From Gammaproteobacteria bacterium (GTDB taxonomy: Bacteria; Pseudomonadota; Gammaproteobacteria; GCA-001735895), in contig JAAEOZ010000062.1 in assembly GCA_024222685.1 (NCBI GenBank), forward strand, positions 1 through 35,413: 35,413 nucleotides of DNA, written 5' to 3'. Positions 8,746-17,677 of the stretch are shown here, piece after piece (the first letter of the stretch is position 1; each line of letters opens with the position of its first letter). Under the pieces are notes generated by a model, which saw only the letters and a program-made list of their open reading frames with translations, was not told where the DNA came from and made no database searches. Position numbers and translations under genes: made by a program.

Positions 8746-9311
8746 TAAGTGTAATCCGGTATAATACGGATGGCATGTGGCAACTGGATGCAGGAGCGTT
8801 CGCATAGTCCACAACCCACGCAACCGTCCAGTACATGTGGCTGCTCAAGGCGGCCGACTCGAATCGCGATATCGGGTAATGGGCAGGCTCGATAGCACAC
8901 ACCGCAGGTTTTTCCCTGGTACGACAGGCAGAGGTTTTCATCGACCCGCGCTTTGCCCATTTTGACCTTTTGCAGAATGGGTTCCATATCGCGTTCGATG
9001 GGTTCAATCGCATCGGTCGGGCAAACCTCACCACACTTCATACATAATATGCAGGCCTGTTGGCGCGGGATAATGTAGGGTGTATCCAGCGAAGCGATGC
9101 CGTTTTCGACACCGAAGTATTGAATGCATCGATTAGGGCAGACTTCACCGCACTGGCCGCAGCGAATACAGCGACTTTCAAAATCCTGTTCGCTCAGCGC
9201 CCCGGGTGGACGTAGATATCGTAGACTTTTCGACTGACTGGCCGGTAGGCCGGCGGCGGGCAGCATCGCTGCGACCGCCGCCAGACTTTTTATGAAATGC
9301 CGGCGTCTCAT
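8745..9311 (-). CDS. napG: NapG/MauM-type periplasmic ferredoxin
   Basis: Tat signal MRRRHFIK, LRPPGA and four Cys-cluster motifs beginning CIRCGQCGEVCP. Confidence 0.8.
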   Translation of the reverse strand: MRRRHFIKSLAAVAAMLPAAGLPASQSKSLRYLRPPGALSEQDFESRCIRCGQCGEVCPNRCIQYFGVENGIASLDTPYIIPRQQACILCMKCGEVCPTDAIEPIERDMEPILQKVKMGKARVDENLCLSYQGKTCGVCYRACPLPDIAIRVGRLEQPHVLDGCVGCGLCERSCIQLPHAIRIIPDYT

Positions 9312-9334
9312 GGTGTTACAGATTTCAGGTCCGG

Positions 9335-12061
9335 CTAGCCGATCTTTTCAATACGCGCCGCCGATTTTTTGAAGTCCACCTGTCCCGAAACCGGGTCCCA
9401 GACGCGGCTGGTAACGCGGTTAGCGAGCCACTTGTTTTTCTCGGGTACTGCGCTGTCGGCGACGGACAGATTCCAGGGTCCGAACATATAACCGCGAGGC
9501 ACGTTATTACGTGCTGGTTTGACCAGACTATTGGTGCCCACCTGGGCGCGTGCTTCGAGTTGCCCGCGACGGGTAATCACGCGTACTTTATCGCCATCTT
9601 CGATACCCAGGTCTTTCGCATCGTCGGCGTGCATTTCGACGTACATTTCCGGCACCAGTCGACGCGTGGTTGGGCTGCGGTTCGATTTCGCGGTATGGAA
9701 ATGCTCGTAGACTACGCCAAGACCGAACCAGTAGGGAAATTTATCTTCTGGTACATCTTGCCATTTTTTACCGCGGTGGGCTTCGTCGGGTATATCGGGG
9801 GTGAGCCCCTTGTCGCGCGCCAGTTTTATCAGATCTATGTGGTCGATGGTGTAAAGATCGGCTCTGGTGCCAAATTCCATCAACTTCCTGGTAATTTCCT
9901 CACGGTCGCTATAGTCCTGGTGGCAAATCCGCATGTGTACCTTGCCATCCTTGGTACGGAAATAACCATAGGGTTTACTTTCCCAGTTACCTTCCTGCAG
10001 CATATAGCGGCGCTTCGTACCACCGGTCTTGGCAATACCGTAAGACGGTGACGGCCACTGGATGCCACGCAGATTTATGAGCTGCTGATAGGGCGAAATA
10101 CCGTCGACTTTTTCAACCTCGAGAATACCCGTCAAATCGGCATCGGTGCCCACCGAGGCGCGGCAAACATCGCGGAAAACCTCCTCGCTGTCGTAGAAAC
10201 CATTCGCGGTGCGCTTATAGGGTAATGCCTTGTCCATATCGAGCCCCAGCAATTTACCTATGCCCTTGGCTTTATCGATAACCATATCCATGTCAGGGCG
10301 GCAGCCTTCGGGAGGCATCGCGGCCTGTTGACAAATATTGATGCGACGTTCGGAGCTAATGTAGACGCCGTCGACCTCACCCCAGGTGGCCGCCGGAAAG
10401 ATTACATCGGCGTAGAGGTTGTTCGGCGCGTGACGATAAATTTCCTGTACCACGTTAAAGGTTTTCATCAGTGCCGGGCGCACCAGATTCTCCTGATCGG
10501 GTAAATCGATATGCGTGGCATACACCAGAAACATGGCCTTGACTTCGTCCTTCAGTGCACGCTCCATCATGCCCACCGCCATGCCCGGATTGGCCGAGTT
10601 CATCGCGTTGACCAGGTTTTGTTCGGGGACACGCCAGAATTTGGCGATCTGCGCGCGGTGTTTGTCATTCTTGAGTGATTCGTTGAACGGCAGGCGTCCG
10701 GTCAGGCCACCGGTAAAACGTTCGCCCATCGCATTCGGTTGACCGGTCATGGAAAAAGGTCCGCAGCCTGGCTTGGCCAGGTTACCTGTCAAGGTGAGCA
10801 GGTTGACGATGGAAATGACGTTATGCTGGCCGTGGATGTGCTGGTTATAACCGATTCCCCACATGATGATAACGCCACCGTAGGCTTCGCCACCGGGTAC
10901 TGCGCTGGCGACATCGGAAGCCTGTTTGCCCTTGCTGCGCGCCAGACGTTTACGCGTGGCGTCGGCAAACATTCCGGCGACTTTACGGATTAACTCGGGT
11001 GAAACGTCGTGGTTCGGCCCACCCATTCGGTCCTGCACCTGTTCCGGACTGTAATTGTTCGTCACTTCGTCTACATATTCCTGCCAACCCGTGGTGTGTT
11101 CCTTAACAAAATCCCAGTCGATGGTATCGGGGTGGTCTTTGAGTAACACATGGGCGATCGAATTGAGGAAACTGATATCACCGTTCAAGATCGGCACATG
11201 CACCGTGTTGTCGGGGTTGATATCCTGGTATCCCTTGGTGGTACCGGTATAACGCGGATCGACAATAACGGTGGGAATATCATTCTTCTTTTTATGATCG
11301 GCAGCGCGCCAGAAAACAATCGGATGCGACTCGCGGGCGTTATGGCCGAAGTGCATAATCATGTCACAGAGTTCGATGTCGTCGTAGGCCAGTGGCGGGG
11401 TATCGGAACCGAGTGTTGCAAAATATCCGGTGACCGCCGAGGTCATACACATGCGTGCATTTGCCTCGATGGTATTCGAACCCAGTACGCCTTTCATGAA
11501 CATATTTTCCAGATACTGACCTTCCATGGTGAGCTGGCCCGAGCCGTATAGCGAAATCGAGTTGCCGCCATATTTCTTCGCCAGATGCGCAATCTTGTGA
11601 TCGACCATTTCACTGACTTCTTTGTAAGACACGCGTAGGAAGTGCTCATCGTCAAATGATCCCTTGGTCTTGCTGATGTAATCGAGATCACCATGCCCGG
11701 GTTTGTTCCACTCTTCCCAGACGTCTTTGCGCACGTAAGAGTCGCCTTCCATGCGGTCGACATAAATCGGTTCGGCGGCGGTCAGACCCTTGATGCATTG
11801 CAGGCCGTAATTAGTAGGGTGGTCCTTGTCCGGGCGCATCGATACAATTTTGCCGTTTTCGGCCTGGATCACCGTGCCACAACCGACCCCGCAATACGGG
11901 CATTGCCCAAGCGCGGTAGTCCGCGTTGCGGTATCGCCTTCGCTGGTAGCAGCTTCGAGTTCCGGGTTAACGCCGACCATCAGGCTGGCACCCGCAGCGG
12001 AGCCGGAGATAAAGGCGCTGTTCTTGATAAAATCGCGCCGATTCATTTTAATTCTTTTCAT
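9335..12061 (-). CDS. Tat-exported molybdopterin (bis-MGD) oxidoreductase of the nitrate reductase NapA/NasA/NarB clade
   Basis: Tat signal NRRDFIK, [4Fe-4S] motif CPYCGVGCG...CIKG, Mo-ligand region NARMCMTSAV, FSMTGQPNAMG, and a C-terminal MGD-binding domain ending DPVSGQVDFKKSA. Confidence 0.85.
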   Translation of the reverse strand: MKRIKMNRRDFIKNSAFISGSAAGASLMVGVNPELEAATSEGDTATRTTALGQCPYCGVGCGTVIQAENGKIVSMRPDKDHPTNYGLQCIKGLTAAEPIYVDRMEGDSYVRKDVWEEWNKPGHGDLDYISKTKGSFDDEHFLRVSYKEVSEMVDHKIAHLAKKYGGNSISLYGSGQLTMEGQYLENMFMKGVLGSNTIEANARMCMTSAVTGYFATLGSDTPPLAYDDIELCDMIMHFGHNARESHPIVFWRAADHKKKNDIPTVIVDPRYTGTTKGYQDINPDNTVHVPILNGDISFLNSIAHVLLKDHPDTIDWDFVKEHTTGWQEYVDEVTNNYSPEQVQDRMGGPNHDVSPELIRKVAGMFADATRKRLARSKGKQASDVASAVPGGEAYGGVIIMWGIGYNQHIHGQHNVISIVNLLTLTGNLAKPGCGPFSMTGQPNAMGERFTGGLTGRLPFNESLKNDKHRAQIAKFWRVPEQNLVNAMNSANPGMAVGMMERALKDEVKAMFLVYATHIDLPDQENLVRPALMKTFNVVQEIYRHAPNNLYADVIFPAATWGEVDGVYISSERRINICQQAAMPPEGCRPDMDMVIDKAKGIGKLLGLDMDKALPYKRTANGFYDSEEVFRDVCRASVGTDADLTGILEVEKVDGISPYQQLINLRGIQWPSPSYGIAKTGGTKRRYMLQEGNWESKPYGYFRTKDGKVHMRICHQDYSDREEITRKLMEFGTRADLYTIDHIDLIKLARDKGLTPDIPDEAHRGKKWQDVPEDKFPYWFGLGVVYEHFHTAKSNRSPTTRRLVPEMYVEMHADDAKDLGIEDGDKVRVITRRGQLEARAQVGTNSLVKPARNNVPRGYMFGPWNLSVADSAVPEKNKWLANRVTSRVWDPVSGQVDFKKSAARIEKIG

Positions 12062-12074
12062 TTCTTGACTCCTG

Positions 12075-12719
12075 TTACTTGGTCAGTGTGCGTAGATATA
12101 CAATGATGTCGTCGATTTCCTGGTCACTCAGATTGGCTAGCCCAGCTGGCCCGGAAAACCCCAACATTCGAGTATTGGAGCGGCCCTCTTTGATCGTGAC
12201 GCGCAGGAAACCATCAGATACTTTGTTTAAAGTACCCACCTTGCCTATTGCAGTACCAGTACCGCCTGCTGCATAACCGTCGCCTTCAGGCCCGTGGCAG
12301 GTAGAGCAGATATATTCAAACCATTGTTGACCCAGTCGTGGGTCGCCATGCGCGTCCGGTTCTGCATCAACTTCTTTGGCACGATGCGGTAATTTTGAAA
12401 ATGAACGCAGGTAGGCAAGAATAGCGCGGCCCTGATCCCGCCCCAGGTGAGCAAAAGGCGGCATTCCGGTGCCCGGTCGCCCATCCCTGATGGTACCGAG
12501 GATAAATTTGTCCGAAGCGATACTGAGAAATTCCGGATTTGATAAGGAAGGAGCAAATCCGGGTTTACCAATCGCGTCGGCCTGATGGCAAAAAACACAG
12601 TTTTGTGCGTAAAGTTGGCTACCGAGTTCAATTTTTGCCGCATCCTGTGCCAGAGATACCCCTCCAGATAAAGAGCACAGCACAATGATTGGATATAGAT
12701 GTCGATGGAGTTTTTTCAT
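12075..12719 (-). CDS. Periplasmic diheme c-type cytochrome (not NapB-like)
   Basis: Signal peptide from MKKLHRH (12719). CVFCH...GMPPF and CSTCH...RMLGF indicate two class I cytochrome c domains. Confidence 0.85.
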   Translation of the reverse strand: MKKLHRHLYPIIVLCSLSGGVSLAQDAAKIELGSQLYAQNCVFCHQADAIGKPGFAPSLSNPEFLSIASDKFILGTIRDGRPGTGMPPFAHLGRDQGRAILAYLRSFSKLPHRAKEVDAEPDAHGDPRLGQQWFEYICSTCHGPEGDGYAAGGTGTAIGKVGTLNKVSDGFLRVTIKEGRSNTRMLGFSGPAGLANLSDQEIDDIIVYLRTLTK

Positions 12720-12769
12720 ATTTTTTCCTGTGGGCCGATTGTGTTTATTAATGACTTTTTCCTGCCATA

Positions 12770-13429
12770 TTACCATTCTTCATCCGTTGCCGGTTTTTGC
12801 AGGTTAGCATGGCATTCGTAACAGGGCACAGCTTCTTCTTCAAAGCGTATATGCATTTCGTCGATCAGAGCTTCCTTGTCAAATTCGTTGGGTAGTTCGT
12901 GCGCGACTCCCTGATGGCAATCGATACAGGTTTTACCCCAGTCGATATTCAATTGGTGGATATTACTGCCCATGCTGGACTGTTTATCAAAGGCCATGGA
13001 TTCGTCGTCATGGCAATTACGGCATTCTCTCGAATCAGTTTCGCGCATACTATTCCAGACATTGCTGGCCAGCTGGTAACGTTTTGCCTGAAATTTTTCC
13101 CGTGTATTTATACTACCTAGAATCCAGTGGTAGAGTTCGTTTGTGGCGCGTATTTTACGAATCATCTTATGTGCCCATTCCCGAGGTACGTGACAATCTG
13201 GACAGGTTGCGCGTACTCCGGTGCGATTTAAATAATGTTCGGTATTGCGGTATTCCTGGTAAACATTCTGCTTCATTTCATGACAGGAAATGCAAAATGC
13301 CTCTTTGTTAGTTAGTTCGATGCTCCAGTTAAGTCCGCCCCAAAGGACAATGCCGGCAGCAATGAAAAGCGGAATAGCAATCAGTGGAGACCTGTTTACA
13401 AACTGGGTAATAGCCTTTATTAGTAGCAA
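12770..13429 (-). CDS. napC: NapC/NirT-family membrane-anchored multiheme cytochrome c with a fifth CxxCH
   Basis: N-terminal TM, FCISCHEM, RATCPDCHVP, SRECRNCH, TCIDCHQGVAH, plus an extra CYECH near the C-terminus. Confidence 0.85.
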   Translation of the reverse strand: MLLIKAITQFVNRSPLIAIPLFIAAGIVLWGGLNWSIELTNKEAFCISCHEMKQNVYQEYRNTEHYLNRTGVRATCPDCHVPREWAHKMIRKIRATNELYHWILGSINTREKFQAKRYQLASNVWNSMRETDSRECRNCHDDESMAFDKQSSMGSNIHQLNIDWGKTCIDCHQGVAHELPNEFDKEALIDEMHIRFEEEAVPCYECHANLQKPATDEEW

Positions 13430-13503
13430 AAGTCCCTTACCCTCTCTGCAGATTGATACAAATGCTAGTTCCGTATTTTTTTATTGGTCCAATGCTTCTA
13501 TAT

Positions 13504-13545
13504 ATGATAACACCAATATCCTGGAATCGCATTGACACAGATCAA
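13504..13545 (-). promoter_or_regulatory. FNR/DNR-type box with -10 element (class II promoter) driving the napC-led operon
   Basis: TTGACACAGATCAA at 13532-13545 is one mismatch from TTGAT-N4-ATCAA. Minus-strand TATCAT at 13509-13504 sits where a -10 is expected for a box centred at -41.5. Confidence 0.75.
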
Positions 13546-13689
13546 ATACATGCCTGCGGTTGGAATTTATAAAGAGGCTAATTGAACAAACTAACTGGAA
13601 GCTGGCGATTGAATATTCATCATACGAAACTTTGTTTACATAGATAAAAATAGCTCAATCGCCAGGTTTTTGTTGGATTTACTACTCTG

Positions 13690-15054
13690 TTATTTGGTAA
13701 TAATCTCCGGCCCCATCATCATGGTTGGCAGCCAGGTTGAAACAAATGGCACGTAGGTGACGATGATCAAAAACAGAAACATGATCGCCAGCCAGGGCGC
13801 AGCAGCCCTGACGACGTTAAGCATCGACATACCGGCGACGCCAGCAGTGACAAAAAGATTGAGTCCAACTGGCGGCGTAATCATGCCGATTTCCATGTTA
13901 ACCACCATGATGATACCAAGATGAATCGGATCGATTCCCAGTGCAATGGCGATCGGGAATACCAGTGGTGCTACGATAATTAGTAAACCCGATGGTTCCA
14001 TAAATTGTCCGCCAATGAGCAACAACAGGTTCACCACGATTAGAAACATGATTGGTCCGAAACCAGCGGATAGCATTGCTTCGGTGATCATTTGCGGGAT
14101 ACGTTCTTCGGTTAGTACATGCTTTAATATCAAAGCATTGGCAATAATGAACAGCAACATGATAGTCAATTTTCCAGCCTCGAACAGGCTGTGTTTGGTA
14201 TCTTTATGCCAGAAAATAGAAAGGCCACGCCATATCAGCATTGCACCCCCCGCACCTGCTTGCTTGAATGGCCCCATGTCCTTATAAATAAAGTTAGCAA
14301 TCAGGAACGCATAAATTGCAGCAACAGCGGCAGCCTCCGTTGGGGTGAAAATTCCACCGTAGATGCCGCCCAGGATAATCACTATAAGCAACAGGCCCCA
14401 GCTCGCATCACGTGCTGCGTCTAATATTTCACCCCAGCCAGCCCAGGGCTGTGCAGGTAGATTTTTATAACGCGCTACTAGGTATATCGCCAGCATTAAC
14501 ATGCCACCGGCCATGAGTCCTGGAATGACGCCAGCGAGGAACATTCTACCGACCGAGACATCGGTGGCAGCCGCGTAAACTACCATGACAATTGATGGCG
14601 GAATGAGTATGCCGAGCGTGCCGGCATTACAGATAACACCCGCAGCAAACTCTTTGGTATATCCGACCTGCAGCATTCCGGCGATTACAATACTACCGAT
14701 CGCAACTACTGTAGCTGGCGATGAGCCTGATAAAGCGGCAAACATCATACAGGCAAAAACCGATGCCATCGCCAGTCCGCCGCGAAACGAACCAACTACA
14801 GCAATCGCAAATCGGATGATGCGATGTGCCACACCGCCGGTCGACATGAATACTGAGGCGAGTATGAAAAACGGAATCGCGAGTAGCGTATAGTGCCCTT
14901 CGAAGGCCGAGAACAGGGTTTGTGCGACCGATGCAAGTGAGGCATCCGAATGCATGAGCAAAAAGATAATGCTGGACAGGCCGAGTGAGACCGCTATCGG
15001 TACGCCGATTAGCATGAAACCGACGACCATAAGAAATAATATTACTATAGCCAT
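13690..15054 (-). CDS. dctM: TRAP transporter large permease
   Basis: LLAIPFFILA, ALSGSSPATVVAIG, GTLGILIPPSI, GIFTPTEAA and ITPPVGLNLFV. Confidence 0.95.
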   Translation of the reverse strand: MAIVILFLMVVGFMLIGVPIAVSLGLSSIIFLLMHSDASLASVAQTLFSAFEGHYTLLAIPFFILASVFMSTGGVAHRIIRFAIAVVGSFRGGLAMASVFACMMFAALSGSSPATVVAIGSIVIAGMLQVGYTKEFAAGVICNAGTLGILIPPSIVMVVYAAATDVSVGRMFLAGVIPGLMAGGMLMLAIYLVARYKNLPAQPWAGWGEILDAARDASWGLLLIVIILGGIYGGIFTPTEAAAVAAIYAFLIANFIYKDMGPFKQAGAGGAMLIWRGLSIFWHKDTKHSLFEAGKLTIMLLFIIANALILKHVLTEERIPQMITEAMLSAGFGPIMFLIVVNLLLLIGGQFMEPSGLLIIVAPLVFPIAIALGIDPIHLGIIMVVNMEIGMITPPVGLNLFVTAGVAGMSMLNVVRAAAPWLAIMFLFLIIVTYVPFVSTWLPTMMMGPEIITK

Positions 15055-15683
15055 TATGCATCTCCTTCTTTGTCACTGTGGGAGAGTTCTTCGAGTTCGT
15101 CTTCGACTTCATGACCGGCAATAATTTTATCGACATTGCCACTCAATACGTCCCAGCCCAGTTGCAAAAAACGGAATGTCAATAGTGCCATGCCCAGTGG
15201 TAGTGCCAGATAGGGTATGACGCGGGGAATTTTTTCATAACGCTCACCTTCGTTTATCCAGTCGGCGAGAAACATAAACATTTCCGGCATGGGTATATCT
15301 TCGGTTTCGAGCCACGCCCGTTCGGTGGCAAACGGGTACCAGTAATTCCACGAACCGACGAGTAACATGACTGAAAATGCCAGGCAGGCACACACCGAGA
15401 TAATCGCCATCAGTTTTCGCGCACCTGGTGATACCATGTTGATGACTACATCAACACCGATATGAATGTGTTTTTTTACTGCGTAGGATGCGCCCATGAG
15501 CACCAGCCAGGCGAACAGGAACACGGTCAGTTCCAGTGCCCATAATATATTTGAGTTGAACAGGTAACGGGCAATGACATTAGCGAAGGTGATGAGAGTC
15601 ATCAGCCCTAGACACAGAGCAATACTGGTTTCTTCTATTTCATCGATTATTTTTCCTGTTCTCGACGCGTGTTGATGTTGCAT
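15054..15683 (-). CDS. dctQ: TRAP transporter small permease
   Basis: Four TM segments with NVIARY, WALEL and HIGVD; lies between dctP and dctM. Confidence 0.92.
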   Translation of the reverse strand: MQHQHASRTGKIIDEIEETSIALCLGLMTLITFANVIARYLFNSNILWALELTVFLFAWLVLMGASYAVKKHIHIGVDVVINMVSPGARKLMAIISVCACLAFSVMLLVGSWNYWYPFATERAWLETEDIPMPEMFMFLADWINEGERYEKIPRVIPYLALPLGMALLTFRFLQLGWDVLSGNVDKIIAGHEVEDELEELSHSDKEGDA

Positions 15684-15740
15684 GGTCGAATCCTCCGGAG
15701 GATGCTTTATATTTAGTTAGTATTTTTGTTATTTGAAGTC

Positions 15741-15766
15741 CCGGCGGCCTGATAGTCAGCCGCCGG
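15741..15766 (-). terminator. GC-rich intercistronic hairpin after dctP
   Basis: CCGGCGG-C-CTGA-TAG-TCAG-CCGCCGG inverted repeat about 25 nt downstream of the dctP stop. Confidence 0.6.
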
Positions 15767-15790
15767 TTAGCTTTATTGCGTTGGCCGTAT

Positions 15791-16792
15791 TTACATATTT
15801 GCTTTTAGTGCGGCAGCCATTAAATCGTTGCCGATATCTTTTTCAAATTTTTTCCAGACCGGCTTCATCGCGTTAACCCATGCCTCACGCTGCTCAGCTG
15901 TTAAAGTACGAACTGTGCCGCCAGCCGTGATGATATTTTCCTTGTTGGTATTGTTGACGTTGGTGGATTCACCGTTACGAACTGCGGTGACTTCACGAAG
16001 AATACCAGCCAGTTGATCACGAACATCGTCGGGTAAGCCATCCCACCATTTAGTGGAGGTTACAACCAGGTAATCGATGATACCGTGATTGGTTTCGGTA
16101 ACGCCGTCCTGCACCTCGAAGAACTTTTTACCGTAGATATTCGACCATGTGTTTTCCTGTCCATCGATAACCTTGGTTTGCAGGCCGCCATAGACTTCTT
16201 TAAACGACATTTTCTGTGGACTGGCGCCGAGCTGTTCGAACTGAGCGACCAGGACATCGGATGCCTGCACACGAAACTTCAGACCTTTGGCATCAGCAGG
16301 TTTAATTAGTGGCTTACTTGCAGACATTTGTTTCATGCCGTTATGCCAGAATTCCAGGCCTTTTAAGCCACGACGCTTCATCGCGTTCTTGAGTTTTTCA
16401 CCGTCTTTCGAGTTTTGAAACCGATCAACCGCATTAACGTCCTGGAACACAAAAGGCAGGTCAAAGATACGGAATTTCTTGGTGAATTTTTCAAACTTGG
16501 ACAGTGATGGCGCAGCCATTTGCACATCGCCATTGAGCATGGCTTCGAGTACTTTCTTATCATTGTATAAAGTAGAGTTCGGGAAAACCTGCATGCAGGC
16601 CTTGCCGTTCATTTCTTCATTAACGCGCTTTTCCAGTAATGAGGCAGCAATGCCCTTTGGATGCTTGTCAGTGTTGGTTACGTGGCTGAACTTGATGACG
16701 AGTTCGCCGTCGTCACAGTTCGCCAGTGCAGCACTAGTGGCTACTGATCCCATAATTAACGCACAGCTGGCAGCCAGAATTCGGATTTTCAT
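15791..16792 (-). CDS. dctP: C4-dicarboxylate TRAP substrate-binding protein
   Basis: Signal peptide, IKFSHV...HPKG, VQMAAPSLSKF, GLKFRVQASDVL and DGQENTWSNIY. Confidence 0.95.
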   Translation of the reverse strand: MKIRILAASCALIMGSVATSAALANCDDGELVIKFSHVTNTDKHPKGIAASLLEKRVNEEMNGKACMQVFPNSTLYNDKKVLEAMLNGDVQMAAPSLSKFEKFTKKFRIFDLPFVFQDVNAVDRFQNSKDGEKLKNAMKRRGLKGLEFWHNGMKQMSASKPLIKPADAKGLKFRVQASDVLVAQFEQLGASPQKMSFKEVYGGLQTKVIDGQENTWSNIYGKKFFEVQDGVTETNHGIIDYLVVTSTKWWDGLPDDVRDQLAGILREVTAVRNGESTNVNNTNKENIITAGGTVRTLTAEQREAWVNAMKPVWKKFEKDIGNDLMAAALKANM

Positions 16793-16858
16793 TTGAACTA
16801 TCTCCTCGATTGGTTTGTAGTAAATAAAATCGATGTTTTTCGACTCAGCGATTTAAAT

Positions 16859-16874
16859 TGCAAGGAGCAGGCCA
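16859..16874 (-). promoter_or_regulatory. Sigma54 (-24/-12) promoter of dctPQM
   Basis: Minus strand reads TGGCCTGCTCCTTGCA (GG-N10-GC) about 67 nt upstream of the dctP start, consistent with the nearby DctD activator. Confidence 0.75.
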
Positions 16875-17085
16875 ATTACCTGAAAAAATGCAATTATTGT
16901 TTTAAATCAATTAGATAAATGAACTTCGAGATATTGATCAAATTCCATTTTGTTTCAGTATCCACCCGTAGACAGGAATTATATGGGTCAATTCCCGCCC
17001 ATTTTCCGGGGGCGAGATATTTTTATGTTTTGTCTATTGGAATTGCATAATTCAAAAGTATCAAGCGTTCCGCTGGCTTGTTGGG

Positions 17086-17120
17086 TTGCTATGTTCAAGG
17101 TGCAGGAAATCCCGTAGACT
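17086..17120 (+). repeat. Copy 1 of a 35-bp promoter-like direct repeat
   Basis: TTGCTATGTTCAAGGTGCAGGAAATCCCGTAGACT; 29/35 identical to 24059-24093. Confidence 0.7.
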
Positions 17121-17159
17121 GGAGTCAAAATTCTTAGATGTTATGTTTCCAGGATAATT

Positions 17160-17654
17160 ATGCCCTTTACCCCTGTTCACATGGGCCCAGGAATTCTCGT
17201 AAAGGCCATGTTACAAAGTAGCTTTAGCTTAATGGTTTTTGGCTGGACTCAAATCGTGATGGATATTCAGCCTTTAATTGTAATGATCACTGGCGAGGGG
17301 CATTTACACGGTTTTACTCACACTTATGCAGGCGCTGTTCTAATAGCTATTATTGCGGCACTTTCAGGCAAATATCTTTCAGAGTCAGGGCTAAAAATTT
17401 TAGGTATGAGAAAACAACAGCCTATTGTAATTCTGTGGTGGGTATCATTCTTAAGTGCTTTTATTGGTAGCTTCAGCCATGTATTGTTAGATAGTATTAT
17501 GCATACTGATGTAGAGCCATTTTATCCAGTTATTCTCGTCAACGACTTTCATGGCTTTGTTTCTATAGAGGCATTACACAAATTCTGTCTTTATAGTGGT
17601 TTAGTCGGTACTGCAATATATTACGGGGTTAGTTGGCGTGTTAGCAAAACTTGA
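17160..17654 (+). CDS. Membrane-bound metal-dependent hydrolase-like protein (YdjM/DUF4184-like)
   Basis: MPFTPVH, DIQP, LHGFTHT and SHVLLDSIMH His/Asp motifs set among hydrophobic helices. RBS AGGA upstream. Confidence 0.7.
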   Translation: MPFTPVHMGPGILVKAMLQSSFSLMVFGWTQIVMDIQPLIVMITGEGHLHGFTHTYAGAVLIAIIAALSGKYLSESGLKILGMRKQQPIVILWWVSFLSAFIGSFSHVLLDSIMHTDVEPFYPVILVNDFHGFVSIEALHKFCLYSGLVGTAIYYGVSWRVSKT

Positions 17655-17677
17655 CCAGGCCAGGCAGGTGTACAGCC

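Noticed and set aside
9335-12061. Assigning the symbol napA, or calling it formate dehydrogenase
   Set aside because: Motifs are NasA/NarB-like and napB/D are absent. The Mo-ligand Cys is followed by Met rather than the His of formate dehydrogenases.
4677-12685. Many short overlapping ORFs (mostly plus strand) inside the oxidoreductase operon
   Set aside because: They are shadow frames of well-supported minus-strand genes and show no motifs.
16900-17005. IHF site (AATCAATTAGATA) and DctD upstream activator sites
   Set aside because: Plausibly placed, but matches are too degenerate to call by eye.
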